Source: Octopus sinensis
Lineage: Eukaryota
NCBI RefSeq assembly: GCF_006345805.1
Contig: NW_021833734.1
Coordinates: forward strand, 1-64,000
Direction: 5' to 3'
Length of the DNA: 64,000 nucleotides
The notes below the pieces were generated by a model. That model was not told the DNA's origin. It searched no databases and saw only the letters and a program-made list of their open reading frames with translations. Made by a program: the position numbers and the translations under genes. Position 1 is the first letter of the stretch, and every line of letters begins with the position of its first letter. Of the stretch, positions 25,205 to 39,408 are shown piece by piece.

Positions 25205-25830
25205 ATATGACCAGGGAAGCTAAAGAGACGGGGGCGGCAGCAAGGAAGGCCACAGTACCTCAGGACCCACAAAGTGTAAAGATGAAAACCTGGTCATCTT
25301 CGAAAAAGGGAGGGCGGAACCGAATACTCGATACACGGTATAAGTATTCCCGGATTTCTGGAAGCCGGATAAGAGATCCGGCACGTACGATCGATCGATA
25401 GATAGGTGTGGATATCTTACCAATTATGCTTTACAAATCAATATGACCAGAGAAGCTAAAGAGACGGGGGCGGCAGCAAGGAAGGCCACAGTCCCTCAGG
25501 ACCCACAAAGTGTAAAGATGAAAACCTGGTCATCTTCGGAAAAAGGAAGGGCGGAACCGAATACTCGATACACGGTGTAAGTATTCCCGGATTTCTGGAA
25601 GCCGGATAAGAGATCCGGCACCTACGATCGATCGATAGATAGGTGTGGATATCTTACCTGTTATGCTACACAAATCAATATTTAGAGTGAAAATATGTTT
25701 ACTCACATCAAAATCTCCGTGAAAAACAAACAAAAACACTTCTTTGTTCTTCTCCCGAGTGAAACAGGCTGCAGCGGAAACGGAAGTACGGTGTGTCATG
25801 TGACAAAACTAAACCCACCGCTCTCTAGTT
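25205..25830 (-). promoter_or_regulatory. Putative promoter/first-exon module of ZNF-E (internally duplicated)
   Basis: Same module; GTCACATGAC at 25795-25804. Confidence 0.6.
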
Positions 25831-25984
25831 AATGAAACTAAAAATGTTAAGGTAAAGATGGGAGAGGGGGGGAGTGAATAATATTTATGTTGATGCAAAT
25901 CACCATGGTTACCGTGGTGAATGCCTGGCTGCGATAAACGAATGTTCATTATCGTCAGCAGTGGTCATGGGGTCTTTACGGTTT

Positions 25985-26375
25985 GAACGTCTGTCTGTGT
26001 GTATGTGTGTGCCTGTTCCTCTGTCTATGTGTACGTTCGTGCTGTGTATGTGTGCTTCTGCTTGTTTGTGTGTGTGCACGCGCACTTCTTGCTGTGTTTG
26101 TGTGTGTGTGTGCTTGTTCCTCTGTCTGTATGTGTGCTTCTGCTTGTTTGTGTGTGTGTGTGCTTGTTCCTCTGTCTGTATGTGTGCTTCTGCTTGTTTG
26201 TGTGTGTGTGTGCTTGTTCCTCTGTCTGTATGTGTGCTTCTGCTTGTTTGTGTGTGTGTGTGCTTGTTCCTCTGTCTGTATGTGTGCTTCTGCTTGTTTG
26301 TGTGTGTGTGTGTGCCTGTTCCTCTCTCTATGTGTACGTTCTTGTTCTTTGTGTGTGTGTGTGTGTGTCTGCCTG
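25985..26375. repeat. ~46-bp minisatellite (gtgtgtgcttgttcctctgtctgtatgtgtgcttctgcttgttt)
   Basis: About seven tandem units. Confidence 0.9.
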
Positions 26376-27851
26376 TTCTGTTTTTATGCATTTATGTGTT
26401 GTGGAATATAGATAAAACGAAATTATGCCAGCAATGTCTCGTTTTTAAACTTAAAGAAAAAAAAAAAAGCCTTGCATATTTGTTCTTACCTGCTTCAGGT
26501 GTGGATGCAAAATCCGTAAATTTCCAAGCAGAAAACAGAAAATGAGATCACTGTATCAATTATAGTAGTCTATGTGGGGTTTTTTTTTAAACCCCTAAAA
26601 AGCAGAAATATTGCAACATACATGGAGAAGAGGAATGACTGTGGTAAGTAGCTTGTTTACCAACCACATGGTTCCGGGTTCAATCCTACTGCGTGGAACC
26701 ACGGGCAAGTGTCTTCTACTATAGCCTCGGACCGACCAAAGCCTTGTGAGTGGATTTGGTAGGCGGAAACTGAAAGAAGCCCGTCGTATATATGTATATA
26801 TATATGTGTATGTGTCTGTGTTTGTCCCCCTAGCATTGCTTGACAACCGATGCTGGTGTGTTTATGTCCCTGTAACTTGGCAGTTCTGCAAAAGAGACCG
26901 ATGGGATAAGTACAAGGCTTGCAAAGAATAAGTCCCGGGGTCGAGTTGCTCGATTAAAGGCGGTGCTCCAGCATGGCCGCAGTCAAAAGACTGAAACAAG
27001 TAAAAGAGTAAAGACTATACAACGCATTTTATGAAATTCATAAAAAACATTGTCTAAATACAAACGAAACTCAAACAAATACGTTGAAACTAACGCATGT
27101 GATGTGCCATGCATGTTGTGATATTTCGTCTTTACGTGGATCCATCAGCCCTCCACCATGTTCAAGTTCACGATAGGGTCGTTAGGGTCTGAAAAATGAG
27201 CACTGTGGTTCACGGTTGAATGACCTTGCAAAGCATTATATGCCTTCCAGCAATTGGTTAGAATCTTTGTCCCTGGCAGCACAGGGTCATTTGATTATTG
27301 GCAGAAGCAGTGTCGCTGTGCTTCAGTCCGGGACAGGAACTAACACACATCTTAACGTCCCGTGCTCCATTATCCCAAGAACCCAGGGGCCTGGCTTATA
27401 ACGACCTCTGTGATATTTGTGATGCATAAATTTTACTTTATGCATCTCGACAACGACATTCTGCCCACCAAGTTGGACGGGATTATCATTTTATTTTTAC
27501 TATGTGAATAAATTTATGTTTACAAGTTATTTTCTGAATAGAATGGATTTTAACAAGCAACTTGTGTCCAGGTAAAGTATGTGAATGCCAGGTAAGAATC
27601 TACAAAAGTGGCTGACATAAGGAAGGACATCTGGCTGTAGAAATATTTCTCAAACAAATAACCATGATGAGTATGGTTACTGTGAGGGGGATGGTCAATG
27701 ATTACTGTTAAGGACAGAGAGGTTAAGCCAAGATTTAGCAGGGGAAACGGTTTTAAATTATTGGTTGTTGTTGAATGTTCTGATGAATTTCCCTGCAAGG
27801 GAAACGGTTTTACAATTTTGGATGTTCTAATGAAGTTTGAGAATGATACAA

Positions 27852-28883
27852 TCACACTTTCACATGGATAGATGAATGTGTAATTAAGCTACTTCTCCAA
27901 GAGAATGATTTGCCACAGACATCACATTGATATGGCTTCTCACCTGTGTGAGTCCGTTTGTGACTAGTTAATCCCTTCTTCTGAGAGAATGATTTCCCAC
28001 AGATATCACAACGATGGGGTTTTTCTCCTGTATGTATGAATTTGTGTTTAGTTAAAGCACTATTTTGAGTGAATGAGAAACCACAGACATCACAATTATA
28101 TGGCTTCTCACCTGTGTGAATACGTTTGTGTTGAGTCAAGGTTCTATTTTGAGAGAAAGATTTACCACAGGTATCACAGTGAAATGGCTTCTCACCTGTA
28201 TGAACACGAATGTGTTTAATCAAGTTATCACTAATAGAGAACGATTTACCACAGGTATCACAGTGGAATGGTCTTTCACCTGTGTGAATACGTCTGTGTC
28301 CTCTCAAGACAATATTGTGTGAGAATGCTTTGCCACAGATATCACAGGTATATGGCTTCTCTCCTGTATGAATACGTTTGTGACTGCTTAACTGACTATT
28401 CTTAGAGAACGCCTTACCACAAATACTACAGTGATATGTTTTCTCTCCTGTATGAATAAGTTTGTGACTAGTTAACTGACAATTCTGAGAGTATGCCTTG
28501 CCACAGATATCACAGTGATATGGTTTCTCTCCTGTGTGAATACGCCTATGTCCTCTTAAGACACTACTGTCAGAGAATGATTTACCACAGATGTCACAGT
28601 GATGTGGTCTCTCGCCTGTATGAATACGCCTGTGTACGCTTAAGACACTCCTGTCAGAGAATGCTTTACCACAGATATCACAGCTATATGGCTTCTCTCC
28701 TGTATGAATACGTTTGTGTGTAGTCAAGGTAATTTTTTGAGAGAATGACTTATCACAGGTATCACAGTGAAAGGGCTTCTCACCTGTATGAACACGAATA
28801 TGATTAATCAAATTACTACTTCTAGAGAATGATTTACCACAGATTTCACAACTATGTTGCGATTTTCCTAATTCTTTTGACAT
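27852..28883 (-). CDS. C2H2 zinc-finger protein ZNF-F, 343 aa, 12 fingers
   Basis: Intact ORF from the ATG at 28883 to HSSIHVKV*. Acceptor at 29309. Confidence 0.92.
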   Translation of the reverse strand: MSKELGKSQHSCEICGKSFSRSSNLINHIRVHTGEKPFHCDTCDKSFSQKITLTTHKRIHTGEKPYSCDICGKAFSDRSVLSVHRRIHTGERPHHCDICGKSFSDSSVLRGHRRIHTGEKPYHCDICGKAYSQNCQLTSHKLIHTGEKTYHCSICGKAFSKNSQLSSHKRIHTGEKPYTCDICGKAFSHNIVLRGHRRIHTGERPFHCDTCGKSFSISDNLIKHIRVHTGEKPFHCDTCGKSFSQNRTLTQHKRIHTGEKPYNCDVCGFSFTQNSALTKHKFIHTGEKPHRCDICGKSFSQKKGLTSHKRTHTGEKPYQCDVCGKSFSWRSSLITHSSIHVKV

Positions 28884-29640
28884 TTCTCTAAGGGACACAA
28901 ACAGACCCAACCATTGAAGTTTCTCACACTATTAAATTTTCCCCTTATCTTTCTTCTCTCACCACAGAATGTAATTTCCTTCTTCTTCTTCTTGTTATAA
29001 TTTATTCCTTAGAAGTATTTCAACTGCTATCAACTGTGATTTTATCAGTATCTAAAATTCTGCACAGACCTTTGCAAATATATTCAAGTTTAATTAGAAT
29101 GCAAAAGCCCCAGATAATGAGATGGAGAAATGTTGCTATGAATCTTTGCTCTGAGCAAATATTTCACAGTAATTCAATCCTGGATTTATAGCAGTTGGGT
29201 TATTATATCTGTTTGTTAAGACATTTTCCTTTAGTCTTTAGGACATGATTGATATTCCAGATGTATCGAATGTACAAAAGTTGTTTTGTGCCAAAGTCAT
29301 CCGTAAATCTGAAATAATAAAGAAACAGTATTTAGATAGAGAGGAAAGATCAAAAGAGAAATGTTACAACATTTCTTTATTAATTAACAAACGACATCAA
29401 ATAACATTGGGTGGACTCTAAAAATTTGTAAACTAAAACTACACCTTTATGCTGTGTAACATAGGCGCAGGAGTGGCTGTGTGGTAAGTAGCTTGCTAAC
29501 CAAACACATGGTTCCGGGTTCAGTCCCACTGCGTGGCACCTAGGGCAAGTGTCTTCTGCTATAGCCCCGGGCCGACCAATGCTTTATGAGTGGATTTGGT
29601 AGACGGAAACTGAAAGAAGCCTGTCGTATATATGTATATG

Positions 29641-29680
<40 letters not shown>

Positions 29681-30054
29681 AGCATCCACTACACTCACGG
29701 AGTGGTTGGCGTTGGGAAGGGCATCCAGCTGTAGAAACACTGCCAGATCAGACTGGAGCCTGGTGCAGTCTCCTGGCTTCCCAGATCCCCGGTCGAACCG
29801 TCCAACCCATGCTAGCATGGGGAACGGACGTTAAATGATGAATGATGATATATATATATATATATATATATACACCAAATAAGTTAGGGGCTGTGGATCC
29901 AACCCACTAAGGGATAATACTTATCCAATATACTGTTGGTATAAGATCCAAATCATTAATACACAAATGTTTTTAATTGCAATGCAAGTAACTTATTGTA
30001 TTAAATTGGTGAAGGTAAAGAAATATTTTACCATTAATTTATAATGATAAGAAA

Positions 30055-30520
30055 TCCGGCAGATACGATCGATCGATAGATAGGTGTGTATATCTTACCT
30101 GTTATGCTTTACAAATCAATATGACCAGAGAAGCTAAAGAGACGGGGCGGCAGTAAGGAAGGCCACAGTCCCTCAGGACCCACAAAGTGTAAAGATGAAA
30201 ACCTGGTCATCTTCGAAGAAAGGAAGGGCGGAACCGAATACTCGATACACGGTGTAAGTATTCCCGGATTTTTGGAAGCCAGGTAAGAGATCCGGCACGT
30301 ACGATCGATCGATAGATAGGTGTGGATATCTTACCTGTTATGCTTTACAAATCAATATTTAGCGTGAAAATATATTTACTCACATCAAAATCTTCGTGAA
30401 GACAGAGAAAAACCCTTTTTTGTTCTTCTGCCCATTGAAGCAGGGTTGCAGAAGAAACGGAAGTACGGTGTGTCATGTGACAATAATAAACCCAACGCTC
30501 TCCAATGAATAAAACCAAGA
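30055..30520 (-). promoter_or_regulatory. Putative promoter/first-exon module of ZNF-F
   Basis: Same module; GTCACATGAC at 30472-30481. Confidence 0.6.
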
Positions 30521-33500
30521 ATGTTATCAGAGAGGAGAATTAATAATATTTTGATGCCAATCACCATGGTTACCGCGGTTATTCTCTGGCTGTGATAAAT
30601 GAATCTTCGTCATTGTCAGCAGCGGCCGTGGTGGCGATGTTCTTAAAGACATTTGGCGATTTAAGATCGCCGACATATTTTATGCTTCATTATGAATAAG
30701 ATTGCTTCAGGCGGCGAGTTGGCAGAGTCGTTAGCGCGCCGGGTGAAATGTTTAGGGTATTTCGTCTGCCGTTACGTTCTGAGTTCAAATTCCGCCGAGC
30801 TCGACTTTGCCTTTCATCCTTTCGGGGTCGATAAATTAAGTACCAGTTACGCACTGGAGTCGATGTAATCGACTCAATACCTATGTCTGTCCTTGTTTGT
30901 CCCCTTGTGAGTAATAAAGAAATAGGGATTTCGTCTGCCGTTACGTTCTGAGTTCAAATTCCGCCGAGGTCGACTTTGCCTTTCATCCTTTTGGGGTCGA
31001 TAAATTAAGTACCAGTTACGCACTGGAGTCGATGTAATCGACTTAATACCTATGTCTGTCCTTGTTTGTCCCCTCTGTGTTCAGCCCCTTGTGGGTAATA
31101 AAGTATAAATAGGAACGTGATCCTATTCTTCTTAAATTAATTACTGACTATATTTTACATGCAGCGGCAATACACATAAGTTTGGAATGACAAGATTTCT
31201 TCTTAAGATATATACATTATTTTACATATTTTATAATCATGTGGATTAAAGAGTTCGTAAGCGTTAGCATGTTTTTGTGTCTGTGTGTTCGTTAGGCGTA
31301 AAAATTACTGACCAGTTAAATGACGATGGAATTTGAATCACAGTTCATGTTGTTGGTATTGGCTTGGCAACAGGTAATAACAGATGGCTTAAGGTAGTTC
31401 TTAGAAGAATCTAGAACCCAAGAACAGATAATTGATTTACCGTTTATGAGGTACAGTAGAATTCCATATCAAGAGGTTGCGTGTCGCAGTTGAGATTAAT
31501 TGAATCACTCGTTGTGTTTATCTTTCTCTTGATATGAATATACTTCCAGACATGTTTCTGTAGCCGTTTTCTTCGTGGCGAGAATTTCACCTAACCGCTA
31601 TAGTTGAATCTGGAGTTGTCTCGTGTACAATTTAAATCTTCGATGTTTGTCGATTTGTTCTTGCTGCTTCTTCATTATTTTCTGCTTGGTTATTTTTCTC
31701 TAGTTATAGATATCTTGTAACCGTTTTCTTCATGGTGATATTTCACACTAACAGTATGAGAGGTATCTGTAACATCTTGTATTAATGTTGGTCGCCTGCC
31801 TTTCGAAATGGAACTTGGTCGAGTATGCTGTGTGGTCAGAGGTTTAGCTCTTAAAAGAACTGAAAACCTAAGACGAGCTGTGTGTGGTCAGAGGTTCGCC
31901 CTGAGAAGGACTGGAAACCTAAGACGAATATTCTTCTGAGAAACCTTATTTATAAGCTTCAACAGGCTCCCAGTGAACTTCAGAAATGGAAAGATGTGAT
32001 TGGCTGCTTGGACTATGGCGCGAAAATAAGTTGAGACAATTCGCGTCACGTGTCAATCAGTGGCGGATTTTTGGAGGGACCCTTGTATCACATGTCACCC
32101 AGTGGCGCGAAACACGTAGAGACCAACGTGTCAGCCAATCGAATTAGTGTTTACAACAATGTTGAACAAGCCAAAGATGTTTGTAATCTTGAACGAGGTT
32201 ATTCTTAATCCTCTGCTCAAACAGTGAAGATTGCAATGAGAGACGATATTGCTACAAAAGAAACAGGTATTTCGTCTGCCGTTACGTTCAGAGTTCAAAT
32301 TCCGCCGAGGTCGACTTTGCCTTTCATCCTTTCGGGGTCGATAAATTAAGTACCAGTTACGCACTGGAGTCGATGTAATCGACTTAATACCTGTGTCTGT
32401 CCTTGTTTGTCTCCTCTATGTTTAGCCCCTTGTGGGTAGTAAAGAAATAGGTATTTCGTCTGCCGTTACGCTCTGAGTTCAAATTACGCCGATGTCGAAT
32501 TTACCTTTCATCCTTTCGGGGTCGATAAATTAAGTACCAGTTACGCACTGGAGTCGATGTAATAAACTTAATACCTATGACTGTCCCCTTGTGGGTAGTA
32601 AAGAAACAGGTATTTCGCCCGTCTCTACGTTCTGAGTTTAAATTCTGCCATCATTTTAGGGGTCGATAAAATAAATATCTCTGACATATCTCCAATATAC
32701 ATATCACTATTTCATGACCGTATCAAGGCATAGATTGGACGGTTCGAAAGTTCGAAGACTACAAAGATTCTGTCGTCCCAGTCTGGTCACAAAGTAACCC
32801 AGGGCTACAATTCAAGACGCTTTTCGAAAGTGTCATACAGCTGAAACGAAATGTCACAAACTTGAGATTAATGTCCCGAGAGGAGGATTTTATTAAAGGT
32901 CTCCATCCATTTTTATACCACGGGTCGGCTTCACGCGGAACCGATAGTGGCACACGTGTAATTTTAGTGCATTTCCATAAAGACACCACTAACGAGCAAT
33001 TTGTTAAAGGGAAAAACAATTGTGTAATCTTTTCACTGTCATGCACTGAAATTCTATAAAACCTGAAAATTAGTCAAAAATTATTACTAAGAATTAAAAA
33101 TCATCATCATCATCGTTTAACGTCCGTTTTCCGCACTAGCACGGGTTGGACGGTTCAACCGGGGTCTGGGAAGCCAGAAGGCTGCACCAGGCTCCAGTCT
33201 GATCTTGCAGTGTTTCTACAGCTGGATGCCCTTCCTAACGCCAACCACTACGCGAGTGTAGTGGGTGCTTTTTACATGCCACCGGCACAGGTGCCAGGGG
33301 AGTCTGGCATCGGCCACAATCGGTTGGTGCTTTTAACGTGCCACCGGCATGGAAGCTAGTCAAGGCGTCGCTGGCATTGGCTACGTTCGGATGGTGCTTT
33401 TTATGTGCCACCGGCACAGGTATCACAACTACTATTTCCATTGATATTTATTTCCATGTTCATGTACTTGACTCAATAGGTCTCAAGCACAGCGGGATGT

Positions 33501-34607
33501 TCTGCTTAATTATAAAATGTACTTATAGTTATGAGAGATATTAAAGGTAGACGTAAAATATAGACTTATTATAAAATGAACTTCGTTATAATGGACATTA
33601 TTGAGTAGATGACTACTGAATATTGAAATATCTTTTTTAATTTAATTATTATCTTATTTGAAACAATTATTTCTTTACGGCCCAATAGCAAATGATCCAT
33701 GGACGAGTACTGACCCATAGATGGGTGGCTGTGGAGCTCAGATATTAAATACAAAGTTGGTAGTTGCTCTTATATATTATTACATCGTCTGTGCTGTGTC
33801 CATTTATGGTTCTAGAAGATATTCTTTATTTATGGTTGCATAAGATACATATTTTTGGAAGCAAGTTTGACAAAGTATTTGTATCCAGTCTAGAACAGAA
33901 GTGGAAACAGATAGAATCCCATCTCCCAATAAGTTGCAAGAAGCTACTAAACTGGCCACAAACAGAGAAACATGAAAAAGAAGAAAAGAATATATTCAAT
34001 TGAATTTTATTTGTTCATCAATATTTCTTTGTTTCATCTATACATGGTCACTTCACCTGCTAGAACAACAGCTGAATTCTATCCAATTTAAATCTTTTGG
34101 GGATCTTTACCTTTTGACCAACAGATTAAAAAAACAATTTTTTGCAACTAAACACTTTCAAACTTCATATACAAGTAGAATGTGTCACCTAAAACATCTT
34201 TTACTCTTGGCATTGTTGAGGAAATTCTGTAATAAGGTCTCTTATTACTGTTCAGTACGACATGTTTATAACAAAATCTGATGTGTAGAGAGAGAATGTG
34301 CAGTTTCTCCTCATTCGATATTTTTTCACAAAACCCTTCATAGATTGCAGAAAGGGTTCATCCACAACCTTATGATTCTTCTTGGGAGTCTAAGAAACAA
34401 CATTTCCCTGTCTTTTCTTTTCTCCTCACCTCCAAAACACAATCTTCATCTTGGTCCTTTCCTTCATTTCTTCCCATCACTTTATAAACATGGATGAAAT
34501 CCTGATAAACATTTTACCAGACATGCCAACAACTCTGCCCCAGATTGTGGTCTTAATATTTGCCCCCAACATTAAACATAACAACAGTAACTTTAACAAT
34601 GACAGAA

Positions 34608-34843
<236 letters not shown>

Positions 34844-35719
34844 TCAGTTATATGGCTTCTCACCTGTATGAATACGTCTGTGTTGAGTTAAGTTTCTATT
34901 TTGAGAGAATGATTTACCACAGGTATCACAGTGAAATGGCTTCTCACCTGTATGAATACGTCTGTGTTGAGTTAAGTTTCTATTTTGAGAGAATGATTTA
35001 CCACAGGTATCACAGTGAAATGGCTTCTCACCTGTATGAATACGTTTGTGTTGAGTTAAGTTTCTATTTTGAGAGAATGATTTACCACAGGTATCACAGT
35101 GAAATGGCTTCTCACCTGTATGAATACGTCTGTGTTGAGTTAAGTTTCTATTTACAGAGAATGATTCACCACAGATATCACAGTGAAATGGCTTCTCACC
35201 TGTATGAACACGAATATGTTTAATCAAGTTACTACATATAGAGAATGATTCACCACAGGTATCACAGCGATATGGTCTCTCTCCTGTGTGAATACGTTTG
35301 TGCATGGTCACTTGATTGCTTTGAGAAAATGATTCACCACAGATATCACAGTGATGTGGCTTTTCTCCTGTATGAATCCGCCTGTGTACACTTAAGGCAC
35401 TCTTGTCAGAAAATGCTTTACCACAGATATCACAGCTATATGGCTTCTCACCTGTATGAGTACGTCTGTGTACGCTTAAGACACTCCAGTCAGAGAATGC
35501 TTTGCCACAGATATCACAGCTATATGGCTTCTCTCCTGTATGAATACGTTTGTGTGTAGTCAAGGTAATTTTTTGAGAGAATGATTTACCACAGGTAACA
35601 CAATGAAATGGCTTATCACCTGTATGAACACGAATATGATTAATCAATTTACTGCTTGTTGGGAATGATTTACCACAGATTTCACAACTATGTTGCGATT
35701 TTCCTAATTCTTTTGACAT
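34844..35719 (-). CDS. C2H2 zinc-finger protein ZNF-G, 291 aa, 10 fingers; closest paralogue of ZNF-F; frameshift-truncated
   Basis: ATG at 35719. Shares helices SQKITLTTH and DxSVLSVH with ZNF-F. A 2-nt deletion gives PYN*. Acceptor at 36145. Confidence 0.85.
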   Translation of the reverse strand: MSKELGKSQHSCEICGKSFPTSSKLINHIRVHTGDKPFHCVTCGKSFSQKITLTTHKRIHTGEKPYSCDICGKAFSDWSVLSVHRRTHTGEKPYSCDICGKAFSDKSALSVHRRIHTGEKPHHCDICGESFSQSNQVTMHKRIHTGERPYRCDTCGESFSICSNLIKHIRVHTGEKPFHCDICGESFSVNRNLTQHRRIHTGEKPFHCDTCGKSFSQNRNLTQHKRIHTGEKPFHCDTCGKSFSQNRNLTQHRRIHTGEKPFHCDTCGKSFSQNRNLTQHRRIHTGEKPYN

Positions 35720-36379
35720 TTCTCTAAGGGATACAAACAGACCCAAGCGTTAAAGTTTCTCACAGTATTAAATTTTCCCCTTATCTTTCTTCTCTCACCA
35801 CAGAATGTAATTTCCTTCTTCTTCTTCTTGTTATAATTTATTCCTTAGAACTATTTCAACTGCTATCAACTGTGATTTTATCAATATCTAAAATTCTGCA
35901 CAGACCTTTGCAAATATATTTAAGCTTAATGAGAATCTAAAAGCCCCAGATAATGAGATGGAGAAATGTTGCTATGAATCTTCACTCAGGACCAATATTT
36001 CACAATAATTCAATCCTAGATTTATAGCAGTTGGGTTATTATATCTGTTCCCTAAAACATTTTCTTTTAGTCTTTAAGACATGATAGATATTCCAGATGT
36101 ATCCAATGTACAAAAGATGTTTGGTGCCAATGTCATCTGTGAATCTGAAATAATAAAGAAACAGAATTAGATAGAGAGGAAAGATCAAAAGAGAAATGTT
36201 ACAACATTTCTTTATTAATTAACAAATGACATCATATAACATTGGGTGGAATCTAAAAATATGTAAACTACAACTACACTTTCACACAGTGTAACATTAC
36301 ACACACGTATATGTATATATATATCAATCAGGTCATCCCATAAGTTCTGTCCGAATTTTGAATAAAGAAAACAAGTGAT

Positions 36380-37475
36380 CAAACTGCATCTAACCAGACT
36401 CTCTCCCTAATTAGTTGGGCTATGACACTCTCCGTGACCTTCATCACCTGATCCAGCACTTTGATACCCCTGTAGTTATTTCTATCAAAAGCATCACCTT
36501 TACCCTTGTAGCAGTTGACTAAGGGGCTGCTATGCCAGTCATTGGGTATGACTCCATCATGAACTACCTGGTTTACAATACAGGTGACTTGGCCATAGCC
36601 CAGACCACCAGATATTTTAAGCATCTCAGCAATAATTTCTTAATTGATTTATCTACCAGGGTGCAATCTATTCGGGTAGCTGCTCCTTTTACTGGGTCAA
36701 CATTTGGCAGGCTCTCCTCCTCCCATTCATTCTCCATGTTCAGCAGTCTTTCATAATGGCTTCTCCAAGCCTCTTTCTTTTCAGAATCATTAAAAGCAAG
36801 GGCACCATCATCCATGCAGACACATTTCTCTCCTGTAACATCACAATTTTCTCTCACACACTGTCTTGCAATCTGAAATACTTCAGTTCTGTGGTCCTCA
36901 CGTCACTGGACATTGGCAAATTCCTTCTTTTCTACTTCACCCTTGGCTATATATACAGGTCGCCCAGCCCCTCTTCTGGCTCCCTGGTACACTTCCCCCC
37001 TACCCTCACCCTTCCAGGTTTGTTTCTTTGCTCTAATGGCTTTGTCTATCATATTATTCCACCACCACATTACTCTAGGTCTGGAAGGGACTTTGCACAG
37101 ACTTGCTCTGTGGCACTCAGTAAACTGCTCCATAAGGATTTCCAGCTGCCTTCTATTTCTTGATGAGGAGGTCCCTAAATCTCTGACCATGTGAAGGGTT
37201 CATTAGCTTCCAAATCCTTCTTTTCTGGATTGGTCTGCTTCTGGACATCCTTCTGGCCTCAAGTCTAAAGTCACTAATGATAATGATTAGTCTATGATGG
37301 GGGTTATATTCTTCACTCAGGAGGGTCTTTGTATTTAAGAGCAATCCTGCTGTCTGTTGAGGATGAAATCAATCTGGCTAGCAGAGTCCCCTGATTGGTA
37401 GGTTATAAGGTAGCTGTCTGCTTTCCTGAAGTTAGTGTTGCAGATTAAAAGGTTGCATGCATCACAGAACTCCAG
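36380..37475 (-). mobile_element. RTE-clade LINE fragment (endonuclease C-terminus to start of RT), degenerate
   Basis: SQIDFIL, HRL, IPNDW...YKGKGD...NYRGIKVLDQVMKV motifs with stops and frameshifts. Confidence 0.88.
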
Positions 37476-39408
37476 TAGCCCAGTTCCCTCACTGTATCAA
37501 GTATTGGTGGTGGGGGGCAGGAGAGGAAGGGCACACCGCGAACAAAGTTTAATTTGGGAGATGGTACGAGGAACGAAAATAATAATAATAATAATAATAA
37601 TATACATTCAAAGTGTTCATGGGGGATGAGAAATTAAACAAACCAGGGAACAAGTAATTATCTTAACGAAATTACATGAGATGAAGAGGGTATATATTGA
37701 GGTATATATCAGTTGAAATGGTTAGCTTCTGAAAACTAGCTGTTAGTAAGTAATACATTTAAAGAGTTAATAGTGTTAATTAATGTATTAATTAATGTGT
37801 TAATGGCGAATGAATGCATGAAAGATTGAAAAAAATGAGAGAATCTTAACTTAGCAATGCATCATCATTTGGCGACTATTTAATTTAATTATTATATCAT
37901 TTTGTAGCTTGCTTACCAACCACATGGTTCCGGGTTCAGTCCCACTGTGTGGCACCTTGGGCAAGTGTCTTCTACTATAGCCTCGGGCCGACCAAAGCCT
38001 TGTGAGTGGATTTGGTAGACGGAAACTGAAAGAAGCCCATTGTATATGTATATATATATGTGTATGTATGTGTGTGTTTGTGTGTCTGTGTTTGTCCCCG
38101 CCAACATCGCTTGACAACCGATGCTGGTGTGTTTACGTCCCTGTAACTTAGCGGTTTGGCAAAAGAGACCGATAGAATAAGTACTAGGCTTACAAAGAAT
38201 AAGTCCTCGGGGCGATTTCCTCGACTAAAGGCAGTGCTCCAGCATGGCCGCAGTCAAATGACTGAAACAAGTAAAAGAGTAAAGAGCAAAAGAGTAAGTC
38301 AGTTATTTCTTTGTGGCCCGATAGCAAACCATTCATGAACCAGTACCAGCTGTGGCCTGGGGGTTATGGACCTCTCATATAAAATACAAAGTCCGTAGTT
38401 GCTCTCATATGCAAGATTACATTGTCTGTCCTGTGTCCATTTATGGTTCTAGAAGATATTTTATATTTATGGTTGCATAAGATACATATTTTGAGAAGCA
38501 ATTGCGACATAGTATTTGTATCCAGTTTAGAACAGAAGTGGAAACAGATAGAATCCCATCTCCCTGTCTGTTGCCAGGGGCTACAAACAGAGAAACAGGT
38601 AAAAGAAGAAAAGAATATATTCAGCTGAATTTTATTTGTTTATCAATATTTTCTTTTTGTTTGATCAATATATGGTCACTTCACCTGCTAGAAACAACAG
38701 CTAAATTCTATGCAATTGAAACCTTCTGGTCCTGAAAACTAGAGATTACTTGCTGATTTAATGCTGGATAAAGAACGTTAGAAAAAAAAAACAGGAGAGT
38801 CATGGATGGAATATATATTTCTTTATTGCCCACAGGGGGTTAAACATAGAGGAGACAAACAAAGACAGACAAACGGATTAAGTCGATTACATCGACCCCA
38901 GTGCGTAACTGGTACTTTATTTATCGACCCCGAAAAGATGAATGGCAAAGTCGACCTCGGCAGAATTTGAACTCACAACTTAACAACAGACGAAATACAG
39001 CTACGCATTTCGCCCGTCGTGCTAACGTTTCTGCCAGCTCGCCGCCTTAATATAACAACCATACCAGCATGAATGTCCATGGGAGCCAAACCCTTTCTCT
39101 GCAAGTACTTGATGCCAAAGTACAAGATGCCAAATTTTATCCATTTTCAAGAGATGTTGCTACTAGTTGCTTCCAGAGTCTTCTTTGAACAGTCTTTGTT
39201 CTTTGGAAAGAAATGATGCAGTTTTTAATAAGAAGTGTTGAAATTATTACATGCAAGAAATGGCACAGGAGTGGCTGTGTGGTAAGTAGCTTGCTTACCA
39301 ACCACATGGTTCCGGGTTCAGTCCCACTGCGTGGCATCTTGGGCAAGTGTCTTCTGCTATAGCCTCGGGCTGACCAAAGCCTTGTGAGTGGGTGGATTTG
39401 GTAGACGT

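Noticed and set aside
34852-35190. Regular direct repeats resembling a CRISPR array (also 42105-42480 and the SINE array)
   Set aside because: 84-bp coding finger units or SINE units without unique spacers; eukaryotic context, no cas genes.
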